Both the position numbers and the translations under genes were made by a program. The notes under the pieces are model-generated. The model was not told where the DNA came from. It searched no databases and saw only the letters and a program-made list of their open reading frames with translations. Source: Octopus vulgaris (lineage: Eukaryota). From it: a stretch of 64,000 bases of DNA. Location: contig OX597815.1 of NCBI GenBank assembly GCA_951406725.2, forward strand, positions 51,646,001 to 51,710,000, given 5' to 3'. Of the stretch, positions 12,820 to 23,638 are shown piece by piece; the first letter of the stretch is position 1, and the number at the start of each line of letters is the position of its first letter.

Positions 12820-12943
12820 ACACATGTATATATACACCTGTATATATATATATATATATATACATGTATAGATACATCTTTAATTAAACTATTGACCGCC
12901 TTAAAACAGGTTTCAACAGACAAATATTACTATAATGGATAAT
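12622..12943. repeat. Internal palindrome centred on a (TA)n array, right arm
   Basis: Mirror copy of 11479-11780 with longer TA runs. Confidence 0.93.
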
Positions 12944-13936
12944 ATAAGCATATAACTACTTATACACACATACAATAAATACAGACACACACATTAGTCA
13001 GACATATAGCCACATATACACACACTGCAAGAATATATTTATTTATAAAGTTTAAACAGAACATGGAATGAAATGTATTTATTTATAAACTTTAAACTGA
13101 ACTTCTATTGTTTTATAAGCCTAACAGCGAACCTGACGCAAATACACGAAGTTGACGACTTTCACTTCTGACAGCTAAAAAGCATGACAGTATGCCAAAT
13201 CTTCTTTTGCCCAATGATTTGTTCACACTTCAATTTTGCCCAATAATTTGTTGACACTTCAATTTACTATTTTCTAGAAATGTTTCTTTTCTAAATTATT
13301 GATATGTTATTTTTTTTTCCTTGTGAAAATTCCGGGGAGGGGGTTACCCCCCTTTCCGGAGCAATTCCGGACCAAAATATGGGATTTGCAGCATATTAGG
13401 AGGTCAGGGTACTTGATTCCACGCAAAAAATCTGATTTTTTTTTTCTTGTGAAAATTCCAGGGGGGGGTGTTACCCCCCCCCTTTCCGGACCAAAATATG
13501 GGATTTGCAGCATATTAGGAGGTCAGGGTACTTGATTCCACGCTAGAAATCTGATTTTTTTTTTTTTTTTCCTTGTGAAAATTCCGGGGGGGGGTTACCC
13601 CCCCTTTTCCGGAGGAATTCCGGACCAAAATATGGGATTTGCAGCATATTAGGAGGTCAGGGTATTTGATTCCACGCAAAAAATCCGAGTTTTTTTTTTT
13701 TTTCTTAGTGAAAATCGTGGGGGTGATAATCTGTAATTTTACCAAAAAGGCGCCAAACACAACTCACTTCTCATTCGAACACATTTGCAAAAACACACCG
13801 ACGGTCGAATTGCCATAACAATACAGAAAAGGTAAATTGGTTTTTAATTTACTTTCTGTCGTTAAATTTTGGTAGTATTAATTGGCGAGCGTACTTCTGT
13901 TGTCAATTGTTGACAGGAAGAAATTGTAAGCTAATG

Positions 13937-14200
13937 AAATTGAGAGTATGATAGAAGAAGGGTTGCTCTTCCTTCCGTAGAACATAAAATTCAAATCGGA
14001 CCATGTTAACACCAAAAATTATTTACATCAAAAAGCTGCTTTTTTCTATGAAAATCCCTATTTTTTACGATTTTTTCACTGCTGTGTCGCCACTTTTCGG
14101 TGTATTTCGACCAGAAAAATGTTCACAAAATTTTTACTTTTCAAAATTACAATTCCAGCGGGTCGAAACAAACCCAAGCAACGCCGGGCGATACTGCTAG
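13937..14200 (+). mobile_element. Inverted duplicate of the 3' 264 bp of the Helitron at 9878-10141
   Basis: Near-identical reverse complement ending CCCAAGCAACGCCGGGCGATACTGCTAG|T; flanking microsatellite 14201-14308 also mirrors 9785-9877. Confidence 0.9.
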
Positions 14201-14253
<53 letters not shown>

Positions 14254-14336
14254 GATATGATGATGATGATATATATATATATATATATCATCATCATCAT
14301 CATCATATAATATATATATGATGATGATGATGATGA

Positions 14337-14374
<38 letters not shown>

Positions 14375-14392
14375 CCACACACAAACATACAT

Positions 14393-14557
14393 GTCACTCG
14401 TGCCTAGTTGTATCAGCCTTTGCCTTTCCCTTGAACATCAGTGGTGACGAAAGAGGTGACTGAAATGCAAAGGTGACTGCTGGTCTTCCATAAACAACCT
14501 TGCCTGGATTTGTGCTTCAGAGAGGAACTTTCTAGGTGCAATCCCATGGTCATTCAT
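14393..14557 (+). mobile_element. SINE family 2 3' fragment
   Basis: GTATCAGCCTTTG..GACTGCTGGTCTTCCATAAACAACCTTGCCTGGA shared with 33760-33870 and 39200-39330. Confidence 0.65.
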
Positions 14558-14559
<2 letters not shown>

Positions 14560-14620
<61 letters not shown>

Positions 14621-14652
14621 CTTCTCTTTCTCTCTTTTCTCTCTCTCTCTCT

Positions 14653-14697
<45 letters not shown>
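14560..14697 (+). repeat. (CT)n microsatellite
   Basis: CT run; source of the SL/RE ORFs. Confidence 0.95.
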
Positions 14698-14720
<23 letters not shown>

Positions 14721-14722
<2 letters not shown>

Positions 14723-14906
14723 CATCATCATCGTTTAACGTCTGCTTTCCATGCTAGCATGGGTTGGACGATTTTGATTGAGGGCTGGCGAACCAGATGG
14801 CTGCAGCAGGCTCCAATCTTGATCTGGCAGAGTTTCTACAGCTGGATGCCCTTCCTAATGCCAACCACTCTGAGAGTGTAGTGGGTGCTTTTTACGTGCC
14901 ACCGGC

Positions 14907-14907
<1 letters not shown>
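14721..14907 (-). mobile_element. RTE 3' tail
   Basis: CATCATCGTTTAACG...CTTCCTAATGCCAACCACTC..GGGTGCTTTTTACGTGCCACCGGCA. Confidence 0.85.
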
Positions 14908-14953
<46 letters not shown>

Positions 14954-15189
14954 CACACAGGTTATTCACGTTTTCTTCTTGGTGTTTAAATATTTTGTTC
15001 AGATAGTAATTACACAGTAGTTTCCCTTATTGGATATCATCAATAAGGATAACAAAAAATACAAAGCATGTGTTCCCATTTATTTTGGCTGCCTGGAATA
15101 ATTAAATACAGCAAAAGCTTGGCATTTTTTTCATCAGTAGTGATGTATAGTTTTTTAAATAATAAGAAAACAATATTCCACACATAAGC

Positions 15190-15242
<53 letters not shown>

Positions 15243-15316
15243 TTGTAAATGTTTGGCAGAGTCTAAAGTATGTTTTGCCTTATCTCATTTATTTTATTTT
15301 CATTTTCAAACCTTAC

Positions 15317-15416
15317 CTGATGTTCTACTGTTTCTTTGCTAAATAAATTACAACCCAGACTCATTTCTACATGGAGAAACAAATGTAATGAATAAAAACA
15401 TTATATACTAGCATAC
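15317..15416 (-). other. Candidate 100-nt exon (unverified)
   Basis: Acceptor TTTTGCTTTTTGCAG|G and donor CAG|GTAAGG in non-repetitive DNA; internal ATG gives MSLGCNLFSKETVEHQ open to the donor; no recognisable protein. Confidence 0.3.
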
Positions 15417-15716
15417 CTGCAAAAAGCAAAATACCATTATCGCATATACAGCAATCATACAAGCATGCACAGAAATCATATATACATATATATATCTATA
15501 ACATCATATACATATTTGTATATAAAAAGATATGCATAAAAAAATAATACCTTACATACAAAAGAATATCTAAAAACGCAAGTTCAAAACCAGAGAGTCT
15601 GGCAACAGTACAAAGGTGTGTGAGAAAGACACAAGTTCAAGCGTTCTTCCTAGATAACCTTTAGAAACACTAAAAAGTCAAATGCAGTACACATACACAT
15701 ATTTTTGAGTGGGTGT

Positions 15717-15774
<58 letters not shown>

Positions 15775-16386
15775 GTATGCATGTGCATGTTTAGATAGAT
15801 AGATAGATAGATGCCAATTAAAGAAATCGTAGTTGTGTTTTCTGTCCTTTTTACATCTATTTCCCTGAATGAATATATATATCTAATCAGCTTCAGTGTA
15901 CACACACACATAAGAATGTACGGCTTAAATGTGAGCACTGGTAGATGTGATTAACAACCAGATCGCATAAACCAATCTGCCAACAAGGCAGAGAGAATGA
16001 TGTACCTAGAGCAATGGAAAAATCAGAACATAAGCAGATGTTTCAAAATTTACTGAAAGAATTATGTATCAAACATCAACATGATTTAGGTTGGCTTGGT
16101 TTGGTTTGAACTTCACTTGTTTCGGGGGGTAGGGGGTGTTTTATCGGTAGGGGGTGTCCATAAGGATGCACAAGAGATGTAGAAAAATATGGGGAAACAT
16201 TAGTAACAAAGACACAAGTAAAGGTATTCCATGAGAAGAACTATAGTTACAAAGCAAAAAAAAAAAATCTTGGAAGTATATTGACTTATTACATGGACAT
16301 AATGCATTTGCTATTTTTTATGTTAAAATGTCATAAATGCATTTGGTTATTTTCTATTCATTTTATTATCAACAGTTTTTATTTAC

Positions 16387-16418
<32 letters not shown>

Positions 16419-17108
16419 TACACACACACACACACACATGCATATACACATGTATATGCATAGAAATATATACAATAAATACATGTGTGTGTATGTATAT
16501 ACATATATATACGCATGTGTGTGTGTATATCTACAAATATATATCATCATTGTCGTCATCATCATCATCATCATCAATGTCAATGTCATATCAACATGCT
16601 ATACTTGCATATACTGGCTTTCAATGGCTAGATGCACTTCTCATTACAAACCCTGACATGTTACCAAGCATGAAATGTTTCCCTGTGACAAGATATGTTT
16701 TCAGAGAATATTACAAACGAAAAATGTTGCTCCTATAAGAATACAATGTCAAGACAAGAGGACACAAACTTACACATTCTCACAGACATGTATATACTTA
16801 CACACAAACACACACACACATGTAGAATAGGGTTCTTTTCTCTTAACCAAATGCATTCACAAGGTCTTGGTTGACCTCTGGTAGAAGATACCCGGGGTGG
16901 CATGCAGTGGGACTAAACACAAAACATACAGTTAGGAAGTAAAGCAATCAATTACATAGTGATGGTGAGGGGGGGGGGGACAAACACAGACACACAAATA
17001 CATACATATATATATGTGTGTGTGTGAGTGTCTATATATATATACAATGGGCTTCTTTAATTTTCCATCTACCAAATCCATTCACAAGGCTTAAATTTGT
17101 CTGAGGCT

Positions 17109-17352
17109 ACAGACAATTTTCTAATTTTAATTCGGAAAGTAAGTAGATCCCAGCCAGGTCGGTTACCTGTGCTGAGTCCGGTACTCCCATAGGTACATCA
17201 AAGTACTCCCTTGTGTCCTTTCTAGCCCATAATTTATTATTGTATTTTATAAGTGATTTCCTTACCATTTGGACTACCTTAATTTCCTCCATCGTCATTC
17301 CTACTTTATTTTTGGCATACATCAAGGCCTTATTCAACATTATCTCATTTAT
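17109..17352 (-). pseudogene. Penelope-like reverse transcriptase fragment
   Basis: RKSLIKYNNKLWARKD..FDVPMGVPDSAQVTDLAGIYLL matches the PLE RT FDV.MG..D.A.V..L.G.Y.L pattern. Confidence 0.8.
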
Positions 17353-17385
17353 CGATGCATAATATATATATATATCATATATATA

Positions 17386-17442
<57 letters not shown>

Positions 17443-17481
17443 TATATAGTATATATTATATATATATATATATAGTATATA

Positions 17482-17557
<76 letters not shown>

Positions 17558-17665
17558 TATATTATATATATCATGTATATATTATATATATCATGTATAT
17601 ATTATATATCATGTATATATTATATATATCATGTATATATTATATATCATATATATATTATATTT

Positions 17666-18119
17666 CAAGCGAAGTCGATATAGAACCTCATCCGACGACA
17701 GGCACCCATGCCAACCCCCTTTGCTTGTGAAGACATGTTGGGGCAAGCGAAAGCGAAATCGAAATCGAATTGAACCAGCCAGGATCCCTGGTCTGGTGAT
17801 ACATAAAAAGCACTATCCGACTCGTGGCCGATGCCAGCGCCGCCTCGACTGGCTTCCGTGCCGGTGGCACATAAAGTACACCAATCCGACCGTGGCCGTT
17901 GCCAGCCTCGCCTGGCACCTGTGCAGGTGGCACGTAAAAAGCACCCACTACACTCACGGAGTGGTTGGCGTTAGGAAGGGCATCCAGCTGTAGAAACATT
18001 GCCAGATAAGACTGGAGCCTGGTGCAGCCTTCTGGCTTCCCAGATCCCCGGTCGAACCGTCCAACCCATGCTAGCATGGAGAAAGGATGTTAAACGATGA
18101 TGATGATGATGATGATGAT
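17666..18119 (+). mobile_element. 5'-truncated young RTE 3' UTR copy
   Basis: Highly similar to 19940-20676 but with one long repeat unit; ends in (GAT)n. Confidence 0.9.
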
Positions 18120-18153
18120 ATCATGTATATATTTTATGTATATATATATATAT

Positions 18154-18312
18154 ATTTATATTATATTAAGGGTACTACTATTCATAGATCACGCTAAGAG
18201 GGACCAATGCGGTCAAAACTACTAAAAATAAACAAAATTTTACCGAATGCAAAACTTCAAAACACATCATGTTGGTATCTATGAATAGTAGTACCCTCAA
18301 TATAATATAAAT
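18154..18312. repeat. 36-bp inverted repeat (18154-18189 / 18277-18312)
   Basis: ATTTATATTATATTAAGGGTACTACTATTCATAGAT and its reverse complement with one mismatch. Confidence 0.9.
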
Positions 18313-18424
18313 GAATATTTTCAAAGAGGAAGAATTTACGGATTTTTTCTCTTACGAGGTTTTTCACGCTGACTACTGATAATTTCTTTTAAAGATTTTA
18401 TCCTCAATTGTTAATTTATATATA

Positions 18425-19885
18425 TATAAAGGTAAAGGTGATGCCCTAGATACAAATAATTACAGAGGTATCAAGCTGTTGGATCAAGTAATGAAGGTTA
18501 CGGAGAGGGTCATAGCCCAACTAATTAGAGAGAGAGTTAGTTTAGATGAGATGCAGTTTGGGTTCGTGCCAGGGAAAAGTACCACTGATGCTATTTTCCT
18601 GGTAAGGCAGCTGCAGGAGAAATACCTAGCCAAAGATAAGCCCCTGTACCTGGCTTTCGTTGACATGGAGAAAGCTTTTGATAGGGTCCCCCGATCCCTT
18701 ATCTGGTGGTCAATGAGGAAACTAGGGATAGATGAATGGCTGGTGAGGACTGTGCAAGCCATGTACAGAGATGCCGTAAGTAAGGTTAGGGTTGGCAACA
18801 TGTACACAGAAGAATTCAAAGTAGAGGTTGGGGTCCACCAGGGTTCAGTACTCAGCCCCCTCCTATTTATCATAGTACTCCAGGCAATTACGGAGGAATT
18901 CAAGACAGGCTGTCCCTGGGAGCTCCTCTACGCTGACGACCTTGCTCTTATTGCTGAGTCACTATCAGAACTGGAGGAGAAGTTCCAGGTGTGGAAGGAG
19001 GGTTTAGAATCAAGGGGCCTTAGAGTCAACCTAGCTAAAACCAAAGTACTAATAAGTAGAAAGGTAGACAATCCACAAATATCTTCAGGAAGATGGCCCT
19101 GCTCGATCTGTAGAAAAGGTGTAGGTAGAAACTCTATAAGATGTACCCAGTGTAAGCTATGGACACATAAGAGGTGCAGCAATGTCAAAGGTAGGCTAAC
19201 TGGGAAGATAGTTTTTGTATGTGGCAGATGCTCGGGAGCATTAACCTCCGAAAATCTGCAGAAAACAACTTCCGTCACTTTCCAGGGGGAAAACTAGAAG
19301 TAGTTGATAGCTTCCGTTATCTAGGTGACCAAGTCAGTAGTGGGGGTGGGTGCGCTGAAAGTGTAACTGCTAGAATAAGAATAGCCTGGGCAAAGTTTAG
19401 GGAGCTCTTACCTCTGCTGGTGACTAAAGGCCTCTCGCTCAGAGTAAAAAGGCAGACTGTATGATGCGTGTGTACGAACAGCCATGCTACATGGCAGCGA
19501 AACATGGGCCGTGACTGCTGAGGACATGCGTAAGCTCGTGAGGAATGAAGCCAGTATGCTCCAATGGATGTGTAATGTCAGTGTACATACTCGACAGAGC
19601 GTTAGCACCTTGAGAGAAATGTTGTACCTAAGAAGCATCAGTTGTGGTGTGCAAGAGAGACGATTGCGCTGGTATGGTCATGTGGCGAGAATGGATGAAG
19701 ATAGGTGTGTGAGAAAGTGCCAATCCCTAGCAGTTGAGGGAACCCGTGGAAGAGGTAGACCCAGGAAAACCTGGGACGAGGTGGTGAAGCACGACCTTCG
19801 AACTTTAGGCCTCACTGAGGAAATGACCAGCGACCGAGACCTTTGGAAATATTCTGTACGTGAGAAGACCAGGCAGGACAAGTGA
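18425..19885 (+). pseudogene. 5'-truncated RTE-clade LINE reverse transcriptase ORF with two frameshifts (~19290, ~19450)
   Basis: YKGKGD..NYRGIKLL, QFGF, FVDMEKAFD, GVHQGSVLSP, LYADD, YLG, RRLRWYGHV, GRGRPRKTW motifs; ORFs 18479-19297, 19219-19464 and 19484-19885. Confidence 0.96.
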
Positions 19886-20676
19886 GCCCAGCCCACTTAT
19901 GAATGCCTTTCCTCCCTTGGACACAAAGACCTGTTGAGGCAAGCGAAGTCGATATAGAACCTCATCCGACGACAGACACCCATGCCAACCCCCCATGCTT
20001 GCGAAGACATGTTGGGGCAAGCGAAATCGAAATCGAAACCGAATTGAACCAGCCAGGATCCCTGGCCTGGTGGTACGTAAAAAGCACTATCCGACTCGTG
20101 GCCGTGGCACGTAAAATACTCCAATGCCCGTACGACAGGCACCCATGCCAACCCCTTTGCGTGAAGACATGTTGGGGCAAGCGAAATCGAAATCGAATGA
20201 ACCAGCCAGGATCCCTGGTCTGGTGGTACGTAAAAAGCACTATCCGACTTGTGGCCGTGGCACGTAAATACAATGCGACCGTACGACAGGCACCCATGCC
20301 AACCCCTTTGCTTGTGAAGACATGTTGGGGCAAGCGAAATCGAAATCGGCCGCCAGGATCCCTGGTCTGGTGGTACGTAGCACTATCCGACTCGTGGCTG
20401 ATGCCAGCACCGCTCGACTGGCTTCCGTGCCGGTGGCACATAAAATACACCAATCTGACCGTGGCCGTTGCCAGCCCCGCCTGGCACCTGTGCAGGTGGC
20501 ACGTAAAAAGCACCCACTACACTCACGGAGTGGTTGGCGTTAGGAAGGGCATCCAGCTGTAGAAACATTGCCAGATAAGACTGGAGCCTGGTGCAGCCTT
20601 CTGGCTTCCCAGAACCCCGGTCGAACCGTCCAACCCATGCTAGCATGGAGAACGGACGTTAAATGATGATGATGAT
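19886..20676 (+). mobile_element. RTE 3' UTR with three ~150-165 bp tandem units and (GAT)n tail
   Basis: Units start near 19968, 20132 and 20283 (ACGACAGGCACCCATGCCAACCCC...); tail GGACGTTAAATGATGATGAT. Confidence 0.92.
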
Positions 20677-20721
20677 ATCATATATATATATATTTTATAT
20701 ATAGTATATATTATATATATA

Positions 20722-21207
20722 AGTTATGCAGATGATACAAAAGTCTGAAGACACTATGAAGACACTATGTACCTGCAATGTGAGCTGAATGAAATATACA
20801 AGTGGGCTGAAAAGAATAGCACACAGTTTCAAGCCTTGCACTATCAGCATGCAAAACTAAATGTAATACTAATTAAATACACTGGACCTGGAGGGATTGC
20901 AATCCGAAAAGTACAATCAGTGCAAGACCTGGGCATTTACATGAGTAATGATCCATCCTTCCATGTGCAAGTTGATAATTTGACAATGAAATGCAGGCGG
21001 CTAACCAGATGGATTCTTCGAACTTTCAGAACAAGAGATCAGGAAACCATGATGGTCCTCTGGAGGACACTTGCCCTAAGCCACTTTGATTATTGCTCTC
21101 AGCTATAATCACCAACCAGTGTCAAATTAATCGCTGAACTTGAGGCAATCCAACAAAGCTACAGGAAGAAGGTAGCCTCTATGCAGCATGTAAGCTTCTG
21201 GAAAAGT
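20722..21207 (+). pseudogene. CR1/L2-group LINE RT C-terminal fragment
   Basis: SYADDTKV, DLGIYMSND, WILRTF, HFDYCSQL, LEAIQ; homologous to 57771-58140. Confidence 0.9.
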
Positions 21208-21478
21208 AGGTTAAAATTTAAAGGTTAATATGCTGCCACTTTTGATGAAATTTTTTTCTGAAAAAATTTTTATCCTATACTAGTAGTAGATTTATTACCA
21301 TTCACTTAGGGACTGGTAACGACTATAAGTTGTGATTCAGAATAGTTCACACATGTGCTGAGGCTGGCTAAAGGATTTTACATTTAGATATAACTGGGGT
21401 ACTTATGTGTACACATGACTCTTGCTTATGCTTTTTTCCATGGGTGTGTATAAGTATTTCATTTATTTCTTATCATAT

Positions 21479-21537
21479 TTTCTAGTGAAGAGGGAAGAAT
21501 CCATAAGATTAATCCCGAAATTGATTCAATATAGAAA
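21479..21537 (+). ncRNA. Type I hammerhead ribozyme motif with C3G core substitution
   Basis: TTTCTA-GTGAAGA-GGGA(agAATCcataaGATTaa)TCCC-GAA-ATTGAtTCAAT-A-TAGAAA; all three stems pair; core differs from CUGANGA at position 3 only. Confidence 0.7.
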
Positions 21538-22608
21538 TAAAGAACTTTTTTTTAAAATTCTGTTGGCAAGCTTTCCTCGATTTCAGCATGACGTGTATTT
21601 ATGGTGAATATATAATGAAATGTGGAAATTGACGATTTAAAGTCTGTTCTCAGCATATTGGCATGGAAATAATTTTTCATTAGCCCTTGTTTATATGTTA
21701 TATATATATATATATATACATAAATATATATATACATATATATAAAAACATGATAATAGTAATAATAAGTATTTTATAAAGATATGTTATACGTTTTTAA
21801 TTTGAATTTTTCAATTCTTAAATTATATTTCATAAATATATTCTATAGATATCTATAAAATTTATGTAAGTAATAATGGACTAATTTATTTTTGGTTATA
21901 TGTTTATACATTTACTGATAGAGAAAATTTTAGATTTTTAATGATTGTATTGGTTGATTATAATTTAGATACTTATTTTTATGTATTTATTATTTTATAA
22001 TTATTATATGCGAACTAAAATCTAAAAATATTAAGTGATATTTATTTGCTAATTAAATATTGGAGTATAACTCAGTTAAAGATATTCTATAGTTTATTAA
22101 TGTTTTTTAAGCCAAATTATATCTTCACAGATAAATACATATTTCTGTCTATTTTTTTAACCTTAAATATTAAATATTTAACATAAATGTGTTGTAGAAA
22201 ATAATCCTAATGTTTTAAGTTTCAAATTGAGTTAATGGAGTTTTTTCTATAAGAAAATATATTATTTTATTTATGTTTTAAATAAATATTGTTTAACTCT
22301 ATTTGCTTATTTATTTAACTATTATCATTATCCTGAAGATTGACTATAATTATAAATTGAATTTATTTCAATTGAATATAAATTTAATTGTAATTCGAAT
22401 TAAATGTAGGTATGAAACGTACGTAGTTTTTTATTTATTATATATTGATCATTCAATTTTATACTTTTTGAGATCTAGTTATATCTTTTATAAAAATATA
22501 TTTTATTTGTTATTCATGTTTTGGTTTATGTCTATCACAGTTTGAGCTGCATAATAGTGGTTTTATCTCTAATTTATATTTTAATCATACACACATATAT
22601 ATATATAT

Positions 22609-22651
<43 letters not shown>

Positions 22652-22775
22652 CATACATACATACATACATATATATACATATACATACATATATATACAG
22701 GCATATATATACATGCATATATATACATGCATATATATACATACATATATATACATGCATATATATACATGCATA

Positions 22776-22843
<68 letters not shown>

Positions 22844-22962
22844 CATACATATATATATACATATATATACATACATATATATATACATATATATACATAC
22901 ATATATATATACATATATATACATACATATATATATACATATATATACATACATATATATAC

Positions 22963-23068
<106 letters not shown>

Positions 23069-23203
23069 TATATATGAATAAATTAGAAAACAGAACACCT
23101 TTTATCAATTCAAAATGAAAAATTAAATTACATATATACATGTATATATACCATATATATACATGTATATATACTATATATATACATATTATATATATAT
23201 ACT

Positions 23204-23497
23204 AGGTTTCAACGGCTCACAGCAGCCTGGGTTTCAAGGGCCCACAGCTTTTTAATATTCTCCCAAAGAGTCTGAGGAACTTGCACAAAGTAGATGTAGC
23301 GGTTTTTAAATCAAAGCTGGGCCTTTTCCTGTCACGAGTCCCAAATGAACCTACCTCATGGCAAGAGGTGCAAATGAGGGTAGCTATATCAAAATCTATT
23401 CTTCACCAAGTGCCACATATTAGAAGAGGCTCTTAGTAATAACAGTGTAGCAAAACAGTGGTACATCAGCTTGGCAACACCTCCGAGCTGAAACTAA
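23204..23497 (+). mobile_element. CR1/L2-group LINE 3' end
   Basis: SLGFKGPQLFNILPKSLRNLH..FKSKL..FLSRVP homologous to 58315-58610. Confidence 0.85.
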
Positions 23498-23587
23498 AAA
23501 AAAATTTTTTTTAATACTATATATATAGAGAGAGATATATATATATTATATATACATAATATATATACATATGTATATATTATATAA

Positions 23588-23638
<51 letters not shown>

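Larger units (their letters stand above)
10679..13743. mobile_element. Non-autonomous foldback DNA transposon, ~1.33 kb TIRs, 8-bp TSD (Merlin-like or MULE-like)
   Basis: Termini GGTAAAATTACAGATTATCACCCCC / GGGGGTGATAATCTGTAATTTTACC; direct repeat AAAAAGGC at 10671-10678 and 13744-13751; arms near-identical to about 12012/12389 and imperfect to about 12073/12324; no ORF. Confidence 0.9.
10365..13935. repeat. Outer 118-bp inverted repeat pair (10365-10482 / 13817-13935) around the foldback element
   Basis: ATTAGCTTACAATTTC...CTGTATTGTT matches its reverse complement essentially exactly; no TSD found. Confidence 0.9.

Noticed and set aside
10679-13743. Pure sequencing fold-back artefact
   Set aside because: A direct 8-bp TSD, a unique spacer and an inner diverged IR argue for a real element, though read-level confirmation is still needed
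9878-14200. Duplicated ORFs (MLTPKII.., MSVETRFK.., KIWDLQHIRR..) suggesting paralogous genes
   Set aside because: They are by-products of the inverted repeat in non-coding transposon DNA
19903-20562. 219-aa ORF with internal repeats
   Set aside because: Spans the tandem units of the RTE 3' UTR; no protein motif
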